Shown here: piece after piece, positions 47,072-60,300 of the stretch
Position numbering within the stretch: position 1 is the first letter of the stretch
Layout of the letters: every line of letters starts with the position of its first letter
Assembly: GCF_964204645.1 (NCBI RefSeq)
Contig: NC_134029.1
Coordinates: 8,706,850 to 8,770,849 of the forward strand
Source: Tubulanus polymorphus
Taxonomy: Eukaryota; Animalia; Nemertea
Reading direction: 5' to 3'
Length of the DNA: 64,000 nt
The notes under the pieces: generated by a model
What the model was told of the DNA's origin: nothing
Seen by the model: the letters and a program-made list of their open reading frames with translations, nothing else
The model's database searches: none
Translations under genes and position numbers: made by a program

Positions 47072-48135
47072 GAAACTGAACCAGTGTAATGATATTATAT
47101 TTGTATTCATGAGCCCCAAATATACAAGGTTTATTGAAATAGAATTGATTATGAGTCATTTAGTAAACCGACCGTTATCGCAGCATGTGGTGGGATAGCT
47201 GGTAGTGACGATACCGCATCCAATAAACAACAACTATATAACTAATAGCTTTTAAATCCAAATTTTATGCATGTAATCATATGACTTTTTAGCAGCATAT
47301 ATATACATATATGAATAGAGTATAAATAGAAATACCGACGAAGATCGAAGACCTCAGCCAAATTTTTACCCACGTCTCAGTACATTTTGTTGTATGTCGA
47401 ATATAAATACTAGTTTCTTCAGTGTTTCTTCTTCGTATGTCATTCAGGTCACATTTCCCGGAATTCTTTTCCCTTTCTTCGACTTCGGTATCATCGTAAT
47501 GGCGTTGTTATGCTAACCGTAATGTATAAGATGCTTGATTAAGGCAAACCTTTCTCAACGTTCTACGACCCGCACCTACAATTAGATATTGGCAATGCAG
47601 CATTCGATCGAATGATTTTGAATTGAAATCTCTTGAAATGGTTTGAATGTTCTTAAATTGAAGTCCAATAATTTATGAAAGTTGACGCTTGAGAGGGGCT
47701 TTATCTGCAAATTGCAAAGCAAAATATCTATGAAATTTCCGGAATGTAAAAAAAAACCAACTAAATTTGGTACTTAAAAAATGCGGAACTTGGATTTAGA
47801 TAGGTATTTTAGGATTAGGATTAGGATTTTATTTACACTCCAACCATTTCTATGGAACATGGAGGGAGACTTAGTAAACAATATTTACAATTTACAGAAA
47901 ATATAAACTTGTTTTGATAAAATATAACTAAGTTATTAACAATATGTACATACGCTATATACAACATACTAATTATTGGAGGGATCTATATACATCTAAG
48001 GATTGCCAAAAGAGTTCAAATTAAAAATTCTTTTTACGGATTCCATTCAGTAGGTTGCAGTTAAAGATAAAAGTGTCGTCTGCACCACCAACACCCTCTG
48101 GTGACGCCAATGTGAACCACTTTACATTTAATAAC

Positions 48136-50861
48136 CTACATAAACTCGAAGAGCAAACTCGAAGCAAACAGGACGAAGAAAACGTTGATTAAGTTGAACA
48201 TTTGCTTTGCGCAACCACTGCTACAGTTGTATGGCTCTTCAACCCAAGATTTCCAATATAAATCTGCCAACAACGTGCCGATCTTATTTTGTGCGCATTT
48301 GGCACCGATCTTCGCAGCGTAGCAATCGAGAATTGTCCTCCACGTTTTACTGTAAACAAGAAAACTAACTTGAAAGTTTATTGACGCATTGGAAAAATCA
48401 CGCATATAGTATGACCACGAAAATATTGCCTGTTTCTCATCAGTTTTGTTTTCCACACGGGTCAAAAAAAGGTCGCCAATAAAAGATAGAAATAAAGATG
48501 CGCATCTCGCGAGCATAAATCTGTTTTCGTTTCCTTTTTAAAAAGTAGTACAACACTCCCGCACGCATCCCAATAAATAACCTGATCATTTTTTTTGTTT
48601 CACAGTCGTTTATCAATTGTTACTGTGGCAGGAAAATGCGTATCCGTGTTCATCAAAAATTCTATAAAAATTCAAAGTCGATAAATTAAATATAAGACTT
48701 CTGAATATAAATTCTAAATTCTCTTTGTACTATCTACTGTATTGCGGCGGTGCGAAGCTGTATATGCATTACTTGAAAAAATAAAGTCTATTTGAACTTG
48801 AATTGAGCCCACTAGACGGTGGTGGTTTATGAAGTCGGTTGCGACGCGATTGTCAGCAACTGTGCGTGACTTCTTTCAGCCAGTTGCAATGGCGCGTAGA
48901 TCGAAGCGACGCGATATGCGATTCTGGTTGTCACGTGGTAAAGCCTACAACGCAAAGTAGAGTCGAGTATTGCTTCCTACCTTTCCCCAGAAATACCGGG
49001 ATTCGAACCCACAATGGTAACGTGGTGCAATACTCGACTGTGCTTTGGTTGGCAACACTATTGGTACTTAATTAACTGCCACATCAACAGTCTCAAATCT
49101 AAAGGGAAGCTTTTATCCTAGTAATTTCCTCATTAACCTTATCAAAATTACATTGAAATCCGTGAAAAATAATCCTATTTCCCTTAGAAGTATGAAAACT
49201 AGCCGTTATACACCTGTGTTCACGTGGTTTACGGCCCCGAAGACGAATACGTTTGCCCGATCCGTTCTGTTCTTAAACACACCTACGAGCGCAATCATGA
49301 TTGCTCGTAGAACACATCCACGTGAAAGCGTAGCACGTTGCCTTATTATGGGTTGTCGAGCATCATTGGGAAAAACGTGTACCTGGCTCGTATTCATCGT
49401 ATTTTGTGCGTACAATCGAAGCTGTAATCTTCGTTCTTACCCTTTGATTGTACACGCGAGAATAGTCGGAATTGCATCACCACAGGTCGAAAAAATGATA
49501 TCGAATAACATATGATTTAATTCCGTGATGGAATTTCATGATTTTTCAATTGGCAAAAAGTGAAAAAACGTAAAGGACACTTCCAAAGATTCTTTATCAA
49601 CTCTCTTTTCAAGAGGTAGCCGTCTTAATTTGATTGAAAGGTGGTCACTCCGCGTTCGATTTCTTCTACATTTCAATTAAATTCAAATGAATTTTCCTCT
49701 TAAATGAATCAATTGTTATATAACTATACCGATATCCGAGTAGAAGGATAAAAGTATTGTATATTTGGTGCTGTGATAATATATGGATTGGGGAGTCTAA
49801 AATTCTAGTGCAAAGCTCATTGAAAATGAATTAATTTTGACAACGGATGACCTACTGCTCGTCATGCCATCTTGCGGGATAGCTGATTTTGCGGGTACCA
49901 TTGAATGTCCTCATACACATAGTCTTCTGGTACGAGGTACGTTATACGGGGAAGGGGCTTACCATTTATGAGTGACCGATTCATTGAAGACGCCACACTG
50001 TTGTCCAAGCCAAATGTCCGTTTTCAGTTCTGCATTGTTGTTGAAGCAACTTACAACTTCGCTCAACTCTAAAAGTCCATATACGTACATTTCACTTTTT
50101 TAATATCCGCCATTTCCAATGATGCTCTGTTTACTGTTAGATACACTTACTTGACATTGTACTGGAACAAATATCTGGCAAATACTTATCAGCGAATTCT
50201 TCTGCAAATGGCAGCGGTTTCATACTGTCTTTATAACATTGTATCAAAGACGTATAATTCGCGACTCTAAATGAAAGAAAATACGTGACACGCATGTTTT
50301 TCATGCTCAAATCAAAGCCTCAATCCCGTTCAAACGTCGCAACCTGTGCAATTCATTTGCCATCTTTCCGCCGTATCGTATTTTCCCGATCAAATAAAAT
50401 TTGAAATTCAAACCAAACATATAGAAAGTTTTATATGTCAAATGTTCTTTAAGAACGAGTAGTATGGCTACGTACCCTTTGCTTGTTGTTGCATTCGGAT
50501 AATACTGGCATAAACTGTTAGCTTTCGTCACCAACTTGTACGCAGTACATTTGCTGATGACCAAACCTCCTGCCTTGTTAACACCCACTACTTTAGTAAG
50601 GCATGGCACCAAATTGCCCAACTGTGTGTTGTTTATGCTACACAGTCCTTCTACCACTTCCAAAATTATACAAAATATCGTATACAAAATCAGAAAAGCG
50701 ACAGATATTCAACGATATAAGGCCACACAATGAAATGCCTATAGTTTCTCAAAAAAGGTCAAATGCCATCAGCGTCATAAAAAGTACCCAATAGATATTT
50801 GAAGGTAAAGCATCGATCGTGTTTTTTGAAAATATAAAGATAAAAACCTGCTCACCGGCAT
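48136..50861 (-). CDS. Orphan secreted, Cys-rich, probably GPI-anchored protein (~220 aa); 5' end unresolved
   Basis: Exons ?-50476, 50266-50151, 50068-49963, 48349-48136 join in frame (phases 2,1,2). They encode VEG|LCSINN...13 Cys...NCSSG plus a hydrophobic C-terminal tail. Candidate first exon is ATGCCG|GTGAGC at 50861-50856, with TATAAA at 50912-50907. Confidence 0.75.
48790..49030 (-). mobile_element. Possible tRNA-derived SINE remnant
   Basis: B-box GGTTCGAATCC on the - strand at ~49010-49000. No cloverleaf found; boundaries approximate. Confidence 0.3.
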
Positions 50862-50906
50862 ATCTTTGCCGGTATAGCGCACAGTCGTCTTTTCTTTCTG
50901 TGGGCG

Positions 50907-50912
50907 TTTATA
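50907..50912 (-). promoter_or_regulatory. Candidate TATA box of the orphan Cys-rich gene
   Basis: TATAAA on the - strand, ~46 nt upstream of ATGCCG|GTGAGC. Confidence 0.45.
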
Positions 50913-53337
50913 TCCAATATTGGTCAATTCGGTCCGTACTGGACGGTGACCGAAGATCAGCTATTTAACCAAATATAGGGGTTGTCGTCTTTTTTAACCA
51001 AATTTGATGTTACTGAAGTCGCGCGATCGGTCGCAACTGGTCGCGGTAGTTCGCATATAATGGGCGCGTCGTTCGACTGCGGTTGACCATATGCGACTAA
51101 TCCCTGTCTGAGTCACAACAGCAGCGTATGTCGTTTTTTAAACAAAATGAAATGTAGGCCTAATCCATTCTCAAATGATGTACTCAGGTGTTTATTTGTG
51201 TAAGTTTAGGTTAGCCTATAAAAAAATCACATTTAAGATCTGTCCTTTTTCAGGGAATTCCCCTTTTCATGGTGAAATTGCACTTTTCTTCTTGCCCCTC
51301 AAACTGCCCTTCAAAAAGCTCGGCCTGCCATTCTATGCAAATAGAGAAGACTGAATGATATTGGTGGAACCTCCGAGAAGCTACGTTGGGAAGCAACCGA
51401 TGATGTTATTCCCAGATGGAAGCTGATTGAAAAATCCCATCTACATCGCAATCTAGTGGGTTACTTTTATTCTCTTTTTGTATCATACGAAAATATCAAC
51501 AAAAGCCAAAGAAATAGTTGTCAGTTTAGTTACTTACTCGGGACATTCATCTGGGCGAGAAGATAAATCAGAACCAGTTTCGTTCCAGACAGATATCTCC
51601 ACCACTGAAATACGAACGAGATTTGCTCATGCAATCGAGTTTCTAACCAACTCACATAATCATTTGAATTTGAGAAATTTCATATCGAATATAAGAAAAT
51701 TTAGTTTTTGGTTTTCGGCAAAGTTTCTTTATATACTAACATGTTTTTTTGAATGCAGAAATATATCCGATTTCAAAATAATCGATAAACAAGACAATGA
51801 GAAGTAAATTAAATTTTTCGGTACTGGGATTACAAAACATACAACATATGGCTAATTCTATAGCTGTGTTACATTATTTGCAAGCTTACTATGCATGGAT
51901 TTGAAGGGTTTCGTTATTCAGCCAAGGAGGCGGTACAAGCTTGAATTATTGAAGGGTATATGGAATGCATAAGTTCTGTATTAGATTTCATCGAACGTAG
52001 GTAAAACCAAGTAAATTTTCGTGTGTTTTCTTTTTTAAATAAACGACGATTTCGCTACTAGTTAACTATAGAAAAGACTCCCCGCAATAGAATAACCCTC
52101 ACAAGAGTTAATGTGTATTGCCAATGAAGAAACTATGATATTCGCGTATCATACGTTCATCTAAATAGTTTAAAAACTTTGATTAAGGTTATTATAACAC
52201 CCAATTTATACAAGATAGTTTCATTGGGGTCCCATAGGTTCTTGATCAGTGCTTTTTAATTCTAAAGTAGGTCTAAGTGTAGTAAGTAATGCTGCCGAGA
52301 GAGAGAGACAATCATGATACTTAAGATAGAAACTATAATGCACAAAGGACCATACAGCAAAAGGTCGAAATAACAATGGCTTTTTTCTACAACGGTTTTG
52401 TGGGATTGGACGAACTGAGATTTAATTCTGGATGTATCACAACGATTCGTATCGAAGCTTTGAAATGCGTATATTCAGCTGCCATCTAAATCGATGGTTA
52501 AACATAACGAACAGTAGGCGATCGAGTAAAAAAAAAAAACGTTACAACGTCATATCATATTTAAACAGACAATTGAATATACAATCTGCAATGTAATGAT
52601 ACACACATTATGTAATAAAGCTCCAGATATTCATCGGCATCGATGTAAAAAATCTAAGCCGTGTCCATATTTGGTTGACGGGGCGCCAATCCAATTTATA
52701 AGATTATTAATGATATAGCTTAGAGCGGTGGTTTTCTCGATTTTGTTATACAAAGTATAGATTGAGAACGGTAAGACACTGTGCAACAAGGACCTAATGC
52801 AGCTGCATCGATTAACGTTAAGAAAATTGCTATTAATATACGTTTTGGCACATTGTTTCTCATAGAGATTTTGAAGGAGAAAAGTCTTTTCGTATGAAAT
52901 ATAAAGGAAATTGAGGTTTCTTAAAATGTTTTTATGCCCATTATTTCTATATTGACATTGGCGGTGTATTACAAAATGAATCTGACGTTTTATCAAAATG
53001 ACAAAAGTAACTTACGTTGAATCGTTTGGAAGTTTCCATCTTCGAAAAACGCAACGTTCGGCAGCTTTATCGGTTTTTGTTTCGTCACAGAACCCGCGGG
53101 AGTGCGTGGCTGTCAGACTAGCCTACACAGAAGTGTTGTATTTCGAATAATGTTATCGGGGTCGATAGTGTACTCTCATTTCCTTTACGACACCGAAGAA
53201 TTCCCTTCGATTCCACTTCGATTCACGTTGGAAAATGCTTTAGATCTCTTTCCCAGATATTGTTGTCACTTTTACTATTACCGTAATGTATATACAAGCG
53301 TGACTTGAAGAGAAATCCATTAGAATATATCTCAATA

Positions 53338-53505
53338 TCCCTGTCTCAGTCCCAGTCCCAGTCCCTGCCCCAGTTCCAGTTCCAGTCCCTCTCCTGTCAA
53401 TGTCCCTGTCCCTGTTCCAGACCCAGGCGCAGTCGCAGTCCCTACCCCTTCCCCTGCTGCAATCCCTCTCGTGTTTCAGTCCAAGTCCCAGTCCCAGTCC
53501 CTGTC
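53338..53505. repeat. Degenerate (CCCAGT/CCCTGT)n hexamer repeat
   Basis: Seen directly. Confidence 0.8.
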
Positions 53506-54348
53506 CGAACGACTTCCACCTTCAAAGATGCGATCCTACCCCTCTCGATTGACTCAAGAATACACGACACTAACCACTCACACTAGCTTTACTTCATTTT
53601 TATTAATATGTGTACTACTTTATATACTAATACATACATCGATGGATTGATACAAACGTAAAAAATAGACCACGAGGGCCAGTTAGAGCATGGACGTTAT
53701 AGAGCCTATGATACGTCCATGGTTAGTGAGGTTTAGTGAACCGCAAACTGGATAAACGTGTTAATTGTTATAAAAGCTACAATGAAAAACAAAATGACTT
53801 TTGCTTTAAACGAATTGCTCGCGTATCTGGTTAAGTATAAAACACTTATAATATTATATGTATTAGTAATGATGACGTTAAATGCTACACGTAAAAACAA
53901 TTTTCGATTAATATTCTTATATGATACATTTCTTCACATCGCGTTTGCTTTCTTTGTTTGTACTTATCTTTATACAGTATATATATTTCCATCTCCCGTA
54001 TTAAGAAAATAGGGAGTCCCCACCAACATTGTAATCGACCACTAGCGCCCACGTGCATTATCAAGGACTGACATGTTCGAACGTGGGATGCATATTTTAG
54101 ATACATAAGTCTCCAATCATATCCTTTCTCGTGCTTTCTAAAATGAAATCCCCCCACGTGTGTTCACCTGAATCGACTTAATCAGAAAAACAAATCAATC
54201 AAATTCTCAATGTCTACACGCTACACCCTTTCATATTTACATGAGGTATATAGACTCGACATTTTTCGTTGAATGGACGTCGGACCTGTGTGGCCATTTT
54301 AGAAATGAGCACCGACGATATTTCTAGGCGACTGACATTGAATATGAA

Positions 54349-57300
54349 TTAAAGCTTCGTGTCGTTTGATTGCGTTTGGAAGTCCTCTATGGGTGTGATG
54401 ATGTGACTGGATTTCCTGCGTTTTCGGTTCCACTGTTTCATGTCGTCGATCGTTTGAGGAAGCGGCTGTCCTAATGTTTCCGGCAAAAGCAGCGTCAGCC
54501 CGCCGACTATGATCGACAACACACCGAAGATGACGCCCGGTAACCAGGGTATCTTCCGAGCCTGAAAATGCGTAAGTTGATTTGAATTTAAATACGATAC
54601 CGATATTTGTATTGAATTGACCGGCAACCTGTCTAGCCGCGATATACTGATGACGTATAGCGCACATCTTCTCAAAAATTAATCGTCAAAAAGACATCAA
54701 AATTTGATTGATAAAAATGCCAAAATTCACAATTAATTTGTTATTTTGAAATGTCAGTATTGGTGACGTAGTGCACATGTCGTAGTGCAATGTATATAAA
54801 CATTATTCTAACAGTTTTTACGGATAAGATAAGATATCGAGTATACGCATGTCCAGTGTTTAGGTATCAGCATCTGGTGGGATAACTGGCGGTACACGTT
54901 CTCCACGAGGTGTTAATCGGACCGCACTTACCAGTAAAGTAGAAAAGGGCGCCAGCATACCACCGATACGGGCTGCAACAGAACACATGCCCATTCCCGT
55001 ATTTCTGACGTTAGTCGGGAATATTTCGCCTGCGTACAAAAATATCGTCCCGAACGAGCAAGTGATTCCGAATTTGCCGATCATCGTGAATATGATGCTC
55101 AACCAATTCAGGCTGTCACCAGCGGCTGAAAAATCCCATAGATGTGTATATATATGTATTAATATTTTAGAATCAACAATACTGAGACGATTTAGACTCG
55201 GTATCTAAGAATAATAATTATTATTATACTAATTTAATTCATTTTCTTGATATAGCGCACTATCTACAAAATAATCTTTGCACTTCACATAAGATGAGAA
55301 AATAGAAAATTAATAAACTCAATTCTCGATGAAATACGTTTTTCAGCGAAATATGTTTCTTTGAATCGCGAAATCTTTGAACAAAGCTAACTCCTAAACG
55401 ATGCAGCTTAGTATATTATACGTTTATTCTGAAGAAAAATCTACGTTCACCTCGATCATCCTTGTTTTCGATCATAGCGTAAACCGCTAAGCTTATATAG
55501 CCCGCCACACACGGAATTACAAAAAAACTTTTTTCACGAGGAAATTACCTTTTTTTTCGGTGCCGTGTGCGCTGGGATTTAGGCTACGTTCTTGGTTATT
55601 GCATGCATTATTGATATTTCTACGTACCAGTTGTTTTTGGTATAGCTAACGTAACCATCAGTCCAATACCCGCGATCGCGTGATAAACACACAACGGTAC
55701 ACGCCGACCATATCTGCATAGCATAATGATAATAGCATTTTAGCTTAACAGTCAGTCCTTAGAAAATAACTTAAAACATTTGATTGATTAAAATGTAGCT
55801 CACTTCAGTGAAAGCGTTTCTTATTTCAATCATTCTTTTCGATGTTCAAACACCACACTACTCATAGAATATTTGTTTAAAAAGCTCATGATATTTGTTC
55901 AAAGGTCGACACTGTGAGATTTTGCTTAAGGCCTATTCTAATTACTTGGAGTACGGATCCGTCTCCCGGAATTCCGCAAAAGTCATCAAATTGACTCTTT
56001 TAAATCTTCCTTCCTGCTTTCATCGCAATTTTTCCAAAACAAAAATTTTTTTTAACGTCCGTCTTTATTTTCAATCTACTAGCAAATGTCATGTTCATCT
56101 TATTTTTCAATCTCGTGATTTTGCAAAACAGTTAGTTTTTTTAAAATTTCTCCCATTATTTGAATCAAATTCGTCACAATTTTCACTCCTTTTAATTCTT
56201 TTCAGTAGTCCTTCCGAGGTATCTTTAGTCCCTGTTCCTTTCCATTTTAATAAGCTATTATAAAATTTCTTAAGATATTTTATTCTTATCCCCTTCGCCC
56301 TCTCACCTTTTTCGTGAAAAAATACGTACTACAAGTAATAAAAAAGGTCCGAAGGAGCGGTTGAAAATGGAAGTAAGTTTCGCACTTGGTGATATCTATT
56401 CATCAATACAGTATTAGACTTTCCAGAAGATATCGACTTTGAATTGATGAGTGATAAATTTATTGTCAACCAACGACACGAGCTTTCTAATTGGTAGATA
56501 GTTATATTGAACGATACCGAAGCGTCTTGGGGACATATCAAAAACCCAGATAGGTTTATTCCGATTTATTGATTCGAAATAAACCATTTTCTCAATTCTC
56601 GAATAAAACCTAGATAATTACTTTGAACTGAGAAAACTAGTTGCTAAGCTAGATTTCACAGTTAAATGTAATTTTCTAATTCAAAATCACTTTTTTTACT
56701 TTCCCCAGGACGCCACCGTGGATCGACGTTAAAAATTGTGACGTGCGTGAATTTCAAATGAGTATTCACCTTCCTAGAACAATGAGACACTGAATATACG
56801 CCGGCAATTCAACGGCCCCGCTGAGGAAAAAATTGAGGTATCTATCACCGGCCAATGCAGACGTACTCAACGAGAGACCAAAGTATACCAAACTATTTAC
56901 AAACCTAAAAAAAAGAAAAAAAATCGTGATGTGTAAAACCTCGAAACTAAACTCCAGTGGTTTTTCTGGGAATTTTGGCAAACCTTGCAACTTAACGATT
57001 GGTTTATGCAAAGCGTGATAGATTTGTAATTTCTTAAATCTTGCCTGTAGCTAAAATGATGTTTATTATCTTATTTTTAACCAACCGTAATAAGCAAAAA
57101 TATTCTAGTAATAAATGGAACATTTTTTTGAGAGAATTTCGGACTTTTTGTTAGTAATTACCATAGGCTGCACATAACGAATACATAGACTCTAAGTTTT
57201 GCGTGTTTCAAAACAGTAAAAATGTTTTCCTTTTTAATTTCGCCGTCGTCTTTTCCGCACAACTTTTCCCTCATCGACTGAAACTTCGATTTCTTGGCAG

Positions 57301-60300
57301 CAGTCTCCGTTTGAGCTTCGTCGTTCGGCTCCGATTTTTCCTCTCTCTCGTGACGCGGGAATATGTTCTTCGGGTAGTTCTTCTCGACTCCGTTCATTTT
57401 CGCCGCTTTTTTGATGATGTCTTCGGCTCGGTCGATCTTTCCGTTGGCCACTAACCACGGTATCGACTCGGGGAAGAACCTGGAATCGAGTTTAGACACT
57501 GAATTTTCACGCGATAACGGCACAATTCTTCGGTTGTTTATGTATACGTTTCATTTCATATCATTTCTTTCTATTTCGTTGTACGCCCGTCTCTGTGAGC
57601 GTGTGCATACATGCGAGTGACGTATCAATGTATAAATCATCTACTCTACAGACTACAAGCAAAGCGCTTTTCATGTAAAAGTCCAGGGGCCAGTTTTATA
57701 GACTGGTATTAACTTTATCGCGGGGCTAACACAATGGGGTACCCGCAACGCTATCAAAAAGAAACAAATGTGGCAGTCGATAATTCTACGTTTGGCAAGC
57801 GAGGATCCGCCAGGTTCGCTAGTGGTTACTCGGTTACCGCGCTTCTATTTCTTCTTCATTTCAATTAAGTTTGAATCAACTCTTCTCATCAGTAAATTAA
57901 TTTACAGTAAAACTATACCATACACTCATTGGTAACATCTTATATCTATTTGATGACTTGTTTGGCGATATTTCCATTTGGAAGCCTGAAAGTCGAGTTC
58001 AAAAACTAATTTTCAGTAGGCATAATATAACTGAGTGTATTGTTATGCCATCTGGTGCGTGTGAGTATCCCATTCATTTTCCATTGAGTTAACTCGGGGT
58101 TGAAGTTGATATCAGTCTTTAAAACCGGCCCCAGATATTTTGCTTCGTTTTTTCACTCACTCATAGATTAACGTTTAAGTAAAGAATTACTCCAAGGTTG
58201 AAAAATCGAATATTGGACGCATTATGGTTCATCGGAAACAATGTGTTGTAAAAATGATAAAGAAATCAGCTGTGCATCAGCTTTGAGCAATGACCGAAAC
58301 ATGATTCACAAGAATTGATGACAAAATCTAATTTTGGCTAAAGGCTGGTAGGTTGGAGCGTGTTTCAACGTGAAAATTACGCAAACAAACAAAAGCTCGC
58401 ATGGGTCTCGAGGATGAATGCGCCTAACGAAACTGACCGGAATTTATTCAACCAGGCCCATTTACGTTGGTCATTACGAAGTTACGTCATTATATCGCAT
58501 ATAGTCTGACCGTACCATATTCCAGCGATTGACCAAATGCCAGGCAATGTTATAGCCAGTTGAAAATAGCGCCAGTTCCTCAAAGCGTACGCTAACCCAG
58601 CTAGCACCATCATAGCTATTGCCCAGACGATGTTCACTCCCAGTCCGGCAAATGTTCTTTGATCGGCTGCGAATATTTCACAACCTTGGACGAACGCTGC
58701 CAAAATGATTCCCTGTAAGAAAGATCAAAATTACAACGCGTAAATGCGGTAATATTTCATCATTGACGATGTTTAGACAGTGCTTCATTTTGGAATGAGG
58801 AAATATTAGTCTTAGGTGGTTAAACACACGGTTTAATCGAAATTGGAAATTGCGAAGATGCGCTTGTGTCGGATTCTCACCTGTTGAAGAGCTCCGGTTA
58901 AAAATCGCAGGAACAGAAAAAATTCGTAGTTGTGAGCGAACGCCGTCACTACGCCTACTACCACGAGGATCCACTGGCAGGCGAGGTGAACCCATTTTCG
59001 ACCATACATATCGGCTAAGGACGTGCACGCTATTGCTCCGAACATGACGCCTACCACGAAAATAGTCTGTGATAACTCCACCAAATATTCTTGCTCGCAA
59101 ACCAGCATATACTGCAAAATATTTTGACTTCATTTTGGTTAATGTTCACGCCCACATAGTGCCATTGTTATCAAATGCATTTTAAAAGAGAGTTCTTAGT
59201 TTTTTAGATAATTAGAATCGACTTTTCTCTGCTGCAATCTATACCATACGCTAGTGAGAAAGGCAATAATATATCTATATATCTATCCGATGACTTGTTT
59301 GGTAATTTTTGCATTTGGACCCCTAAGAATCAGGTCTCATTGAAAATGAACTGAATTTCACTACGAATGACCCAGTGTTTCGCCATCCGTCGTGCTGATC
59401 CCACAATTGATCAATTTCATATTTAATTAAACGATGAATAGGTTAATCAGTCAAGGAAGGATTAGCCAAATTCCGATTAAATCATAATCGTTAGTTTTTC
59501 TTTTAGCGTTACTACCGCCGTTGTGAAATGTAAATTGAGCATCTAATTTCGCGAACAAATGTTCACCGATAAACATATTGCATCACTCACGAGGCGAACA
59601 CGTGGAAAAATATTTGAGATCAGTAAGTTGAAACCTTACAATAATTATTCCCACCACTCGTTGGTTATATCGGGGATTTATTTACACAGTTGGTCAAAAT
59701 AATAAATACCTATACACACATCCAGTTACTAATTACTGATCTAATTCGTAAATCGGTGGCATTTTCATGAGTGGGGTGCACCGATTGTGAAGAAAAATGT
59801 TGGCCGATGATGCTCAGATATGTATAGCTATTTAACCTATGCATATACCTAGATAAGAGGTGTTACAACGGTTGAAGAAAAGTAAAAAGAAAAATCACGC
59901 TTGTATTAACGTGGCATCACTGCTGAGAGTCGAAACAACCTTGACAAGTAGGCATGTGGTAAGCTTTATCTTCTAAACTCAGAACAGTGGAAAGTTGCAT
60001 CGTAAGCTAACACTATTCTGTTAAGTTTTTTTTTAAATGCTGCATAGAGTTTCACAATTTTTCCCTCTATATCCAGAATGGATTTTCGTGGTTATAACAA
60101 GGGATGCGCATCCTATAAAACACGCGCTCGTCATGAATTCATGTTCACGATAAGGCCGACAGAATTTTCACCAATTGTATGCCCTGGGGGTTGAACGAAA
60201 AGATGTTCGTTGCTTAAACGAAATCGTGGGAATTAAGTACGTGGCGTTAAAGTAGATATCTCGTCTTAGATTCGCATTGTTTTAAACTGTAAGTTTATTT

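Noticed and set aside
47809-47826. TTAGGA repeats as interstitial telomere (also ~7685, ~19605)
   Set aside because: Only about three degenerate units.
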